Shown here in pieces: positions 42,107 to 50,718 of a stretch of DNA of 64,000 bases (position 1 is the stretch's first letter; every line of letters starts with the position of its first letter). The notes beneath the pieces are model-generated. The model searched no databases and was not told where the DNA came from. It saw only the letters and a program-made list of their open reading frames with translations. The position numbers and the translations under genes were made by a program. The stretch spans positions 256,001 through 320,000 of the forward strand of contig CAWJSK010000019.1 in the NCBI GenBank assembly GCA_963845535.1. The letters run 5' to 3'. The DNA comes from an uncultured Spirochaetota bacterium. Its GTDB lineage: Bacteria; Spirochaetota; Spirochaetia; SZUA-6; Fen-1364.

Positions 42107-43561
42107 ATGCTTACGTGGGAGTCCCTCAACGCGCGCGCAGTCCCCGAGTGGTTCCAGGATGCCAAGCTCGGCGTCCAGGTGCTCTGGGGACCATACTCGG
42201 TTCCCGCGTGGGCCCCTCTTTCGGGAAACCATGCGACCCTGCTTGCGGAGGACGGCTGGGAGCACCTGCTTGCCAACGACCCCCGGTCGGAGTGGTATGC
42301 CAACGGGATGCACATTTCGGGAAGCCCCACCATCGAGCACCATCGTTCAGCCTGGGGACGGCTGTCCCGCTACGAGTCCTTCGGACGGTTGTTCCGCCAG
42401 GGCTTGAAGGCCTGGGAGCCCGGCCCCTGCATCGAGTCTCTTGCGGCATCCGGGGCGCGCTATCTCATCTTCTGCGCCAAGCACCATGACGGCTTCCTCC
42501 TGTGGCCCAGCCGCAGGAGAAACCCCAAACGCCGGGAATGGCAGACCGCCATGGACGTCGTGGGGGCGTTCGCGGAGATCGCGCGCGGGCTCGGCATGAG
42601 GTTCGGCGTCTCCTATTCGGGAGGCCTTGACTGGTCCTTTGACGGCCTCCCCATGAGGACCCTGGATGACCTGCTGGAGGCCATTCCGACCACGAAGATT
42701 TACGCCTCGTACGTCGACGCTCACCTGCGCGAGCTGATTACGCGCTACAGCCCTTCCATTCTCTGGAACGACGTATGCTCTCCGGCCCGGCAGGACCTCC
42801 TGTCCCTCCTGGAGTTCTATTATGAGTCCGTGCCGGACGGCGTCATCAATGACAGGTTCGGACAGTTCGACCCGGAGGAGGGCACGGGCCTGGGGCGCCG
42901 GCTGATCGAGACCCTTCAGCACGTCCTGCCTTTCAAGAAGAAGCATCCTTCGGCGCATGCCTCAGCCGCGCCGACCCCGCGGCACTTCGATTTTGCAACA
43001 ACCGAGAACGGAGGCCCGCCCGCTGACGACGAGCGGATGTGGGAGAGGGTGCGGCCCGTGGGCTTTTCCCCCGCCTGCAACTCCGCTGAAACGGAGGAGT
43101 CCCTGCTCTCCGTCAGCAGCCTGGTGCATCTCCTTGTGGACACGGTGGCCCATGGAGGCAACCTGCTCCTTTCCCTGGGCCCCGCCGCTTCCGGACAGGT
43201 ATCGGAAGCCGTTGCCGCCCGGCTGCGCGGCCTGGGGGACTGGCTGAAGCGCAACGGGGAGGCCATCTATTCCTCCCGGCGTTGGGAGGTCTCGGAGGCA
43301 GTCACGGACGAAGGGATCGAAGTCCGCTATACGCGAAAGGGAATGACGGTGTACGCCATTCTCCTCGGGACTCCCACGGGCAGGGCCATCCTTCTTCCTT
43401 CGGTGCGGTTCCTGCCGTACGCAAGCATCCGTATCCTGGGTTCCATAAGCCATGCCTCCTGGTTCCAGGAGGGTAGGGACGTCCAGGTGCGGCTTTCCGA
43501 GCCGCTGAAAGAGTCCCCGGCTCACGTGATCAGCATCACGCCGGCGCCGCGACTGGGCTGA
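42107..43561 (+). CDS. Alpha-L-fucosidase-like protein (GH29)
   Basis: PEWFQDAKLG..WG.YSVP, KHHDGF.LWPS, LWND nucleophile, GGNLLL, WLKRNGEAIY. Confidence 0.87.
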   Translation: MLTWESLNARAVPEWFQDAKLGVQVLWGPYSVPAWAPLSGNHATLLAEDGWEHLLANDPRSEWYANGMHISGSPTIEHHRSAWGRLSRYESFGRLFRQGLKAWEPGPCIESLAASGARYLIFCAKHHDGFLLWPSRRRNPKRREWQTAMDVVGAFAEIARGLGMRFGVSYSGGLDWSFDGLPMRTLDDLLEAIPTTKIYASYVDAHLRELITRYSPSILWNDVCSPARQDLLSLLEFYYESVPDGVINDRFGQFDPEEGTGLGRRLIETLQHVLPFKKKHPSAHASAAPTPRHFDFATTENGGPPADDERMWERVRPVGFSPACNSAETEESLLSVSSLVHLLVDTVAHGGNLLLSLGPAASGQVSEAVAARLRGLGDWLKRNGEAIYSSRRWEVSEAVTDEGIEVRYTRKGMTVYAILLGTPTGRAILLPSVRFLPYASIRILGSISHASWFQEGRDVQVRLSEPLKESPAHVISITPAPRLG

Positions 43562-43593
43562 CCAACGGGCGGCCAGGACCGGGCGCCGTCACG

Positions 43594-45018
43594 TCAAAGC
43601 CCCTGGAGCGTCTCCCCCATCTCGGCGCAACTGGTGGAAAAAATGCCGTACAGCTCGTCATAGAGGCCAATGGTCTCCGGATTCGGCATATAGGTCTTCT
43701 GGAAGCGCACCATCCCGTCACAGGCCGCGGTCAGGCTGTCATAATCCCCCAAGGCGTAAAACCCGACGCACGCGTTGCCCACGAGATCCGAATCCTCCTG
43801 GTCCGGGAGGAGCACATTTTTGCCCGTGATGTCCGCGCGGACCTGGCACCACAGCGGCTGTCGGGCCTGGCCCCCGGAGGCGCGAATGTCCGTGACCTTG
43901 CAGCCGTTTGCTTCCATGGCCGCGATGATGCCGCGCACGGCGAACCCCGTGGATTCCACGACGGCGCGCATCATTTCCTTGCGGCCGTGCTCCAGCGAAA
44001 GCCCGAGGAAGGCCCCTTTCAGGCGCTTGTCCCAGAGGGGGAAGCGTTCGGTGGACAGGAAGGGCAGAAAGAGAAGCCGGCGGGCGCCGGGGGGCGCCGC
44101 TTGCGCCTCCTTCCACAGTGCCGGGAAATCGATGCCCTGCCTGCCAAGAGTGCGCGCCGCCCAGTCGATGGCCAGCCCGGAGGATGAGAGCATGGCCGAC
44201 ACATTGTATTTTCCCCGGACGATGTGGGGAAAACAGAGAAGCCGCGTGTCGCGCACCGGAGCGGACCAGCACAGGTTGATCCCCTCCGATGTGCCGGCCC
44301 GGTCGCACGCGCGGCCGCCCGAGACCGCCGCCGTCCCGAGGATGGACATCAGGTAGTCGGGCCCGCCAGCAATGACCGGGATGCCGGCGGGGACGCCGAG
44401 GGTCTCCTCCGCGCGCTGTGTCACCGTCCCGATGATCTCCCCCGGCTCCATGTACGGCGGAAACTTGTCCGCATCCATGCGCAGCGGCTGGATGGCCTCC
44501 TCGTTCCAGAAGAACTCCTTGAAAAGAGGCGTGGGGATGATGCGCGAGGCGTTCCCGGAGAGGAAGAAGCAGATGTATTCCGCGCAGGCCAGGAAATGGC
44601 GGGTTTGAGCGTACAGCTCGGGTCTGCGCCTCATGATCCACAGAGCTTTGGGAAGATAGAACGAGGCGTCCAGCGGCGTGTCGCTGTATTCCGCAATCAG
44701 GTCCGCCTCTTCCTGCGCCCGCCGGTCCATCCACGTCATGGCCATGTCCAGCGGCTCCCCATCTGCATTCACGGCAACCAGGGTGGGGCCGTTCGCGCTC
44801 ACGACCACTCCCCGGATGCGCCCCTTTTCCCGGAGCGCCAGCTCCGCCGTGACGATTGCAAGCCCGGCAAGCCAGTCGTCCGGGTCCGCTTCCCGATGGG
44901 TCGGATCCACGCTTTCCCGCATCCGAACGGGGATCTGGGCTCTGCTCACGATTTTCCCGCTGGAGGTCACCACGGCGCCTTTCAAGTGTGAGGTGCCGAT
45001 GTCATAAGCCAGCATCAT
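43594..45018 (-). CDS. FGGY-family carbohydrate kinase (xylulokinase-like)
   Basis: Start MMLAYDIGTS at 45018; WMDRRA, AGGPD, AGTS, LLFLPFL..ER.P, SGG.A...W.Q..ADI. Confidence 0.88.
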   Translation of the reverse strand: MMLAYDIGTSHLKGAVVTSSGKIVSRAQIPVRMRESVDPTHREADPDDWLAGLAIVTAELALREKGRIRGVVVSANGPTLVAVNADGEPLDMAMTWMDRRAQEEADLIAEYSDTPLDASFYLPKALWIMRRRPELYAQTRHFLACAEYICFFLSGNASRIIPTPLFKEFFWNEEAIQPLRMDADKFPPYMEPGEIIGTVTQRAEETLGVPAGIPVIAGGPDYLMSILGTAAVSGGRACDRAGTSEGINLCWSAPVRDTRLLCFPHIVRGKYNVSAMLSSSGLAIDWAARTLGRQGIDFPALWKEAQAAPPGARRLLFLPFLSTERFPLWDKRLKGAFLGLSLEHGRKEMMRAVVESTGFAVRGIIAAMEANGCKVTDIRASGGQARQPLWCQVRADITGKNVLLPDQEDSDLVGNACVGFYALGDYDSLTAACDGMVRFQKTYMPNPETIGLYDELYGIFSTSCAEMGETLQGL

Positions 45019-45056
45019 AGTGCGCGAATCATACCACAGCGTTGTGCCCGGGTGCC

Positions 45057-45084
45057 TTGACTTTTTTGGCCGATTTCCTAAAAT
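45057..45084 (+). promoter_or_regulatory. Sigma70-type promoter upstream of the FMN riboswitch
   Basis: TTGACT-16 bp-TAAAAT. Confidence 0.6.
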
Positions 45085-45094
45085 TCCAATCAGC

Positions 45095-45231
45095 CTTTTC
45101 TTCGAGGCAGGGAGTATTTCCCGACCGGCGGTCACAGCCCGCAAACCCTGGAGCCATTCCACAGCGAGCATCCAGGGGGGAAACGGCGCAATTCCGTTGC
45201 CGACAGTACAGTCTGGATGGGAGAAGGAAGG
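45095..45231 (+). ncRNA. FMN riboswitch (RFN element), variant
   Basis: CTTCGAGGCAGGG...TTCCCGACCGGCGGT...AGCCCGC...P4 CCCTGGA/TCCAGGG...AACGG-CGCAATT-CCGTT-GCCGACAGTACAGTCTGGATGGGAGAAG matches the RFN consensus; lies upstream of a NitT/TauT-type transporter. Confidence 0.92.
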
Positions 45232-45235
45232 ATGA

Positions 45236-46819
45236 ATGAACGCTGACCTGACCATTGAGGCATCAGGCCTCTCTTTCGGCTTCAAGAACAAGCTCGTCAT
45301 AGACTCCATTTCGTTCTCCGTGGAGCGTGAGCAGTTCGTCACGTTCCTGGGGCCGTCCGGCTGCGGGAAGACCACCCTGCTCAACCTCATTGCAGGCATC
45401 TACCGGCCCGTGGCGGGGTCCCTGACGGTCGACTCGCAAAGGATCTCCTTCGTTTTCCAGAACGACACTCTTCTTCCCTGGCGGAACGCCCTGGGGAACG
45501 TCCTGCTCCCGTTCGAGCTGCGCGGAGAGCCGGTCACGGCCCAGATCCGCCAGCGGGCCCTCGAGATGCTCGACCAGCTCGGGCTGTTCGGCGCGGAGAC
45601 GGCCGCGCCGTCGGAACTTTCCGGGGGAATGAAGAAGAGGGTCGAGCTTGCCCGCGCGCTCGTGACAGAGCCGGACCTCCTCATCCTGGACGAACCTTTC
45701 TCCTCCCTGGACATCATCACAAGGGAGAAGCTGAACATCCTCTTTCGTTCCATCCACCGCTCCACGCGCGGAAGCGTGGTCATGGTGACGCATTCGGTGG
45801 AGGAAGCCTGCTACCTGTCGGACAAGATATACGTCCTTTCGTCGCTGCCCGCTCAGATCATCAACGTCAGGGAGCTGGGGAAGAACGGGGACACGCCGCC
45901 GGACCAGTACCTGCTCTCCGTACCCGAGCGGGACGCGGCGCGGGACATCCGCAAGGAGGCCAAGGTCCTCTGGACGGCGCTGCAGGAGCCGCCTCGGGAC
46001 GCCGGTGAGAACGGTTCGGGGGAAACGGCCCCGCACCATGGGACCAGACGGGGCCTTCTGGCTGCGGTGCAGAGGCATTGGGGCAGCGCACTCATCCCGG
46101 TGGAGCTGGTCGCGCTATACTTCCTCATAATACTTCTGAAGACGAAGCTCGCGGTTCCCGACTACATCCTGCCGCATCCTGCCGGGATCCTCTCCCGGTT
46201 TTTCATTACGTTATGGCAGGGGACGATCCTTGCGGACCTGGGAGCCACCGTTTACGAGTCTCTGGCGGGTTTCTTCATTGCGTTCGCCCTCACGCTCGTC
46301 CTTGGGTACTGGATTGCCAAGTCACGGATACTTTCCCGGCTTCTCATGCCGTACCTCATCGCGTTCAACACCATTCCTACCATCGCACTTGCCCCGTTCC
46401 TCGTGCTGTGGTTCGGCTTCGGATACACGCCGCGCATCGTCACGTCGGTGATCGTCATCTTCTTCCCCATGTTGATCACGAACATCTCGGCGACACGGGC
46501 CGCGGAAAAGAGCATGAGCCAGCTCATAGCGTTCTTTCAGCCCCCGCGCCTCAGGCGCTTCGCGTACTTCGAGCTCCCGGCGGCGCTCCCCATGATTGCA
46601 AGCGGGGTGAAGGTCTCCATAACGCTCTCGGTGATCGGCGCCGTGGTTGGGGAGTTCGTCTCGGGGAGCAAGGGGCTGGGGAGCCTCGTGAACGTGGCCA
46701 AGGGCAACTTCGACACTGAGCTGATGTTCGTCGGCCTCTTGTGGCTGGTGATCCTTGGCCTCGTGTATTACGCGGCGGCCACGCTCGTGACCAGGCTCGT
46801 TGCCGGGAGGCTCAGGTAG
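45236..46819 (+). CDS. Fused ABC ATPase + permease, NitT/TauT family (RibX-like, probable riboflavin uptake)
   Basis: GPSGCGKT, LSGGMKKR, LDEPF, followed in frame by a TM domain with P..ALAP...LWFGFG, FFP, GAVVGEF...GLG. Confidence 0.85.
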   Translation: MNADLTIEASGLSFGFKNKLVIDSISFSVEREQFVTFLGPSGCGKTTLLNLIAGIYRPVAGSLTVDSQRISFVFQNDTLLPWRNALGNVLLPFELRGEPVTAQIRQRALEMLDQLGLFGAETAAPSELSGGMKKRVELARALVTEPDLLILDEPFSSLDIITREKLNILFRSIHRSTRGSVVMVTHSVEEACYLSDKIYVLSSLPAQIINVRELGKNGDTPPDQYLLSVPERDAARDIRKEAKVLWTALQEPPRDAGENGSGETAPHHGTRRGLLAAVQRHWGSALIPVELVALYFLIILLKTKLAVPDYILPHPAGILSRFFITLWQGTILADLGATVYESLAGFFIAFALTLVLGYWIAKSRILSRLLMPYLIAFNTIPTIALAPFLVLWFGFGYTPRIVTSVIVIFFPMLITNISATRAAEKSMSQLIAFFQPPRLRRFAYFELPAALPMIASGVKVSITLSVIGAVVGEFVSGSKGLGSLVNVAKGNFDTELMFVGLLWLVILGLVYYAAATLVTRLVAGRLR

Positions 46820-46841
46820 GAGAAGGACAGGAGGATTGCGC

Positions 46842-47804
46842 ATGCGGCGACTGACGGCTTTCGCGTTCATTGCCATCATGATGGGAATCACGGCGCTCAC
46901 CGGCGCCTCGGCGCAGGAAAAGGGCCTGCAGAAAGTGCGGCTGGCAATCGGCTACATACCGCACGTCCAGTTCACTCCGCTGTACGTGGGAGTGGCAAAG
47001 GGCTTCTACCGTGAGGAAGGGATCGACCTGCAGCTCAACTTCGGCTTCGAGTACGACATCTTCTCTCTCCTCGCGGCCGCACGGATCGACGTCGGCCTGA
47101 CGGATTCCGACCAGCTTATCCTGGCCGGCGCAAAGAACATGGGCCTCCAGGCGATATTCCAGTACTATCAGAAATACCCCATTGCCATCATAGCGCGCGC
47201 GGATACGGTGAAGGAGCCCGCTGATCTCAAGGGGAAAGTGATCGGGACCCCTGATCTCTCGGGGGCGTCCTGGATCGGGCTGGAGATATTTCTCCATCAC
47301 TACGGCCTGACGGGCGCCGTGCGCGTGGAGAAGGTCGGCTACACCCAGGAGGCCGCGCTGCGCAGCGGGAAGGCGGACGCCGTAGTCTGTTTCTACAACA
47401 ACGAGCCCATCGAGCTTCGAGCGGAGAAAGTGCCATTTCGCGAGTGGGACGTGAAGGACATCACCGACATGGTGAGCGCGTCTTTCATCAGCTCACAGGC
47501 AATCATAGCGTCCCGCGGGGACGTTCTTGCGGCGTTCGCCAGGGCGACGCGCAAAGCAATGGCGTACACGGAAGACCATCGGGACGAAGCCCTTCAGATC
47601 GCGCTTGCCGCGATTGGAAACATCCAGAAGCAGGACGAGGGGTTGTTCCGCCAGAGGCTCGACGCGACCTGCGAGCTTTTCATCCACCCGAAGGGATACG
47701 GATACCTCGACCTGGACCGGTACAACCGCTCCATTGCCGAGCTTGCGGCACTGGGCCTCATTCCGTCCGTGTACCCAGCACAGAGGATTGTGAAGGTATT
47801 CTGA
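46842..47804 (+). CDS. NMT1/THI5-like solute-binding protein (RibY-like)
   Basis: Signal peptide; GYIPHVQFTPLYV...KGFY.EEGID, DLKGK.IG.P, NNEP; FMN riboswitch operon. Confidence 0.85.
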   Translation: MRRLTAFAFIAIMMGITALTGASAQEKGLQKVRLAIGYIPHVQFTPLYVGVAKGFYREEGIDLQLNFGFEYDIFSLLAAARIDVGLTDSDQLILAGAKNMGLQAIFQYYQKYPIAIIARADTVKEPADLKGKVIGTPDLSGASWIGLEIFLHHYGLTGAVRVEKVGYTQEAALRSGKADAVVCFYNNEPIELRAEKVPFREWDVKDITDMVSASFISSQAIIASRGDVLAAFARATRKAMAYTEDHRDEALQIALAAIGNIQKQDEGLFRQRLDATCELFIHPKGYGYLDLDRYNRSIAELAALGLIPSVYPAQRIVKVF

Positions 47805-47892
47805 GCCCGGGGAGGGACGCAGGCGGCTGAGTGGGGAGGGGCCGGGACCCTCCCGCTCTATCCAGCGCCGCGCGAAGCGCGATATCGGCTGA

Positions 47893-48489
47893 TCAGCCGG
47901 CCTTCCTGGCTTCCCGGATATTCTCTCCCAGGATGTTTGCGCCGGCAAGAACGCCCACCGAGGCCGCAACCTTCAGCGCGTCTCCGACGAGAAACGGCAT
48001 GAATCCCAGGATGAGCGCCCGCTGGATGCCCAGGGACACACTGAGCCAGGCCACGCCGGTGACGTAGGGAACGAGGTGTCCGACGATCAGGACAAAAAGC
48101 GCGCCGAACAGCGTGGATGCGAGGCGTCGTTCGACAAAGAAGCCCACGAGCCAGGCCGCTGCCACGAATCCCACCAGGTAGCCGCCCGTGGGACCAAGGA
48201 GGTGGGCGAAACCCGCCCTTCCGAGGGAGAAGACGGGAAGGCCCGCAAGCCCTTCGGCCAGGTAGGCAAGGATTGCGGCGGCGCCGCGCCTGCTCCCCAG
48301 GAGCGCCCCCGTGAGGACGACGGCGAACGTCTGCAGCGTGACGGGAACCGGGGTGAAGGGCAGAGGTATGGAAACCTGCGCCGAAACCGCTATGATGAGG
48401 GAAAATCCGGCAACCAGGCAAACGTCGTAGATGCGGGCCGGGACGCGGGACATGGGCCTGAGGGCCGAGGCAAGAACGGGGGAAGACAT
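47893..48489 (-). CDS. bioY: Biotin transporter BioY
   Basis: PFTPVPVTLQT, G.AGLPVF, GPTGGYLVGF, PFLVGDALK; SD GGAGGAGG before ATG at 48489. Confidence 0.95.
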   Translation of the reverse strand: MSSPVLASALRPMSRVPARIYDVCLVAGFSLIIAVSAQVSIPLPFTPVPVTLQTFAVVLTGALLGSRRGAAAILAYLAEGLAGLPVFSLGRAGFAHLLGPTGGYLVGFVAAAWLVGFFVERRLASTLFGALFVLIVGHLVPYVTGVAWLSVSLGIQRALILGFMPFLVGDALKVAASVGVLAGANILGENIREARKAG

Positions 48490-48572
48490 CTGAACCTCCT
48501 CCTTCACGAAGTGTCACATGCTGTCGCGAGACACGCGAGACGAGAGACGCGAGGATAGGAGAAAACGGATTT

Positions 48573-49454
48573 ATGATCAAGCCTCTGGAAGAGATGCTTC
48601 AGTCCGGAAAGCTCATCGTGCTTGACGGCGCAATGGGAACTGAGCTCGACAAGCGCGGGTTCCCGGGCCGCGGGGAGTGCAACCTCACCGCCCCCGAGGC
48701 CGTGATCCAGGTCCACAAAGATTACCTGGCAGCCGGCGCCACTGCCATCATCACGAACACGCTGACGATGAACAGGATCTTCATCGAGTCGCACAAGCTC
48801 GACATCGACGTTGCCGGCATCAACCTCGCGGGGGCACGGCTGGCCCGGGAGGCCGCGGGCGGGAACGTCGGGGATGTCCAGGTGCTCGGCAATCTCAGCT
48901 CGACCGGGCAGCTCCTTGAGCCGTACGGGGACGTCCCGGAGAAGGCGGCGCTGGAATCTTTTATGGAGCAGGCCCGGCTGCTTCACGAGGGCGGAGTGGA
49001 CGGCTTCATCATCGAAACCATGATCGACCTGCGGGAGGCCGCCTGCGCGCTCGCGGCGTGCAGGGCGGTATCCACGCTGCCCGTCATCGTCTGTATAGCC
49101 TATGAGACGGAGAAGAACGGCGGCAGGACCGTCATGGGCAATTCCGCTGCGGAATGCGCCCGTGTCCTGGCGGATGGAGGGGCAAGCGCCATTGGCGCCA
49201 ATTGCGGCGGCGTTGACCCGGAAGGGATGGCGGAGATCGTGGCCACGCTTGCGCAGGCTTCCCGGCTGCCCGTGGCGGCTGAGCCGAACGCGGGCAAGCC
49301 CAGACTGGCGGGCGGTGTCACCGTGTTCGACATGGATGCGGCGGCGTTTGCTTCCGGAGTGGCTTCTTGCCTGAAGGCAGGGGGGCGGATCCTGGGGGGC
49401 TGCTGCGGGACCACCCCCGCGCACATCCGCGCCCTCAGCGCGCGTATTTCCTAG
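48573..49454 (+). CDS. Homocysteine S-methyltransferase family protein (stand-alone MetH N-terminal domain)
   Basis: LDGAMGTEL, IETM.D..E, GANC, PNAG.P, GGCCGTTP.HI. Confidence 0.9.
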   Translation: MIKPLEEMLQSGKLIVLDGAMGTELDKRGFPGRGECNLTAPEAVIQVHKDYLAAGATAIITNTLTMNRIFIESHKLDIDVAGINLAGARLAREAAGGNVGDVQVLGNLSSTGQLLEPYGDVPEKAALESFMEQARLLHEGGVDGFIIETMIDLREAACALAACRAVSTLPVIVCIAYETEKNGGRTVMGNSAAECARVLADGGASAIGANCGGVDPEGMAEIVATLAQASRLPVAAEPNAGKPRLAGGVTVFDMDAAAFASGVASCLKAGGRILGGCCGTTPAHIRALSARIS

Positions 49455-50718
49455 CCGCGGCAACGAGCCCGGCCGCGGCCTTCTCCACGTCCAGGTCGCA
49501 GACGAAAACTGAGACCACGTCCTGGATCTGATTGACCCAGCCTTCGGCTGCCGCGGCGCCGTGCGTGAGGCTGGGCACGATGGTGTCCGACCTGAAGGAA
49601 TCCATGGCGGACTGGAGGTAGACGTCGTAGAGCGCGCGGTCGCAGTCGGTTCGGGAAGGGATGGAGCCCTTTTTCGGGTTGAACGCGTCCTGGCCCTCCC
49701 GTGAGGCGCACATCGTGAGCCACTTCACCGCGGCGTCGCGGTCAGGCGCTCCCCGCGGCAGGCCGAAGGAATCCGAAAGCATGATGAAGGATCCCTTGGT
49801 GCCGGGGAAGGGGACCCAGCCGAACTCCTTGTTCGGCGTGAACCCCCGTGCCTTGAAGTAGCCCTCCGCCCAGTCCCCCATCACCGTCATGGCGCACTTT
49901 CCGTCAATGACGTACTGCGCCGCCGCATCCCAGCTCAGCGTTGCGTGGTCCGTGTTCGCATAGCGCAGGAGAGTGGCAAAGCGTGAGAGCGCCGTCCGCA
50001 GCTCCCCGCCGTCCCACGCCGTGGAACCCGTCCAGAGGCCCTTGTACCGGGCCGGGCCCATGGTGGCAAGGAGCACGTTCTCCAACAGGTGGACGGATGC
50101 CCATATGCCGTTGTCTCCGAGGGCAAGGGGCGTGATGCCTTTGCCGGCAAGGGAGTCGCAGACTTTCACGAGCTGCTCGAAGCTCGTCGGGGGGACGAGC
50201 CCGTTGTCCGTGAATATCTTCTTGTTGTACCACAGCACGTTCGAGCGGTGGATGTTCACGGGGACGCTGTAAATCTCTCCCTTCCACGAGATGATGTCGA
50301 TGAGGTCCCGGGGGAACGCATTGAGCCAGCCGTTGTCCTTGAACACGAACGTGATGGGCTCCATTTTTCCCTGGACCACCCAGGAATCGATCAGCTCGTG
50401 GCCGGCGTGGACCTGGAACGAGTCAGGCGGGTTGCCGCCCCGCATCCGGGTGTCGAGCACCGCTTTGGCGTTGGAGCCGGCGCCGCCGGCAACCGTGGCG
50501 TTGATGATCTGCACGGTGGGATATTTCGCCCGGTAGATGTCGAACATGGCCGCGAGGCCTTCGGCTTCACCGCCGGCGGTCCACCAGCTGAAGATTTCCA
50601 GCTTCGGGTCCTTCACCTCGGGCCTGCCTCCGGCGTGGACGAGCGCGGGGGCGGCAAGGATCATCGTGAACGCCGCGGCCAGGACGAGCGGCGGGCGGGG
50701 ACGGGGCTTAGAAACCAT
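49435..50718 (-). CDS. Sugar (glucose-type) ABC solute-binding protein, no cognate permease adjacent
   Basis: EIFSWWTAGGEAEGL, GNPPDSFQVHAG, SVPVNIHRSN, MGDWA, FNPKKGSIP; start 50718 or 50736. Confidence 0.88.
   Translation of the reverse strand: MVSKPRPRPPLVLAAAFTMILAAPALVHAGGRPEVKDPKLEIFSWWTAGGEAEGLAAMFDIYRAKYPTVQIINATVAGGAGSNAKAVLDTRMRGGNPPDSFQVHAGHELIDSWVVQGKMEPITFVFKDNGWLNAFPRDLIDIISWKGEIYSVPVNIHRSNVLWYNKKIFTDNGLVPPTSFEQLVKVCDSLAGKGITPLALGDNGIWASVHLLENVLLATMGPARYKGLWTGSTAWDGGELRTALSRFATLLRYANTDHATLSWDAAAQYVIDGKCAMTVMGDWAEGYFKARGFTPNKEFGWVPFPGTKGSFIMLSDSFGLPRGAPDRDAAVKWLTMCASREGQDAFNPKKGSIPSRTDCDRALYDVYLQSAMDSFRSDTIVPSLTHGAAAAEGWVNQIQDVVSVFVCDLDVEKAAAGLVAAARKYAR

Noticed and set aside
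48490..48572. BirA operator or other regulatory repeat upstream of bioY (short CGAGAC-like repeats)
   Set aside because: No TGTAAAC...GTTTACA-type dyad; repeats are too short and irregular to interpret
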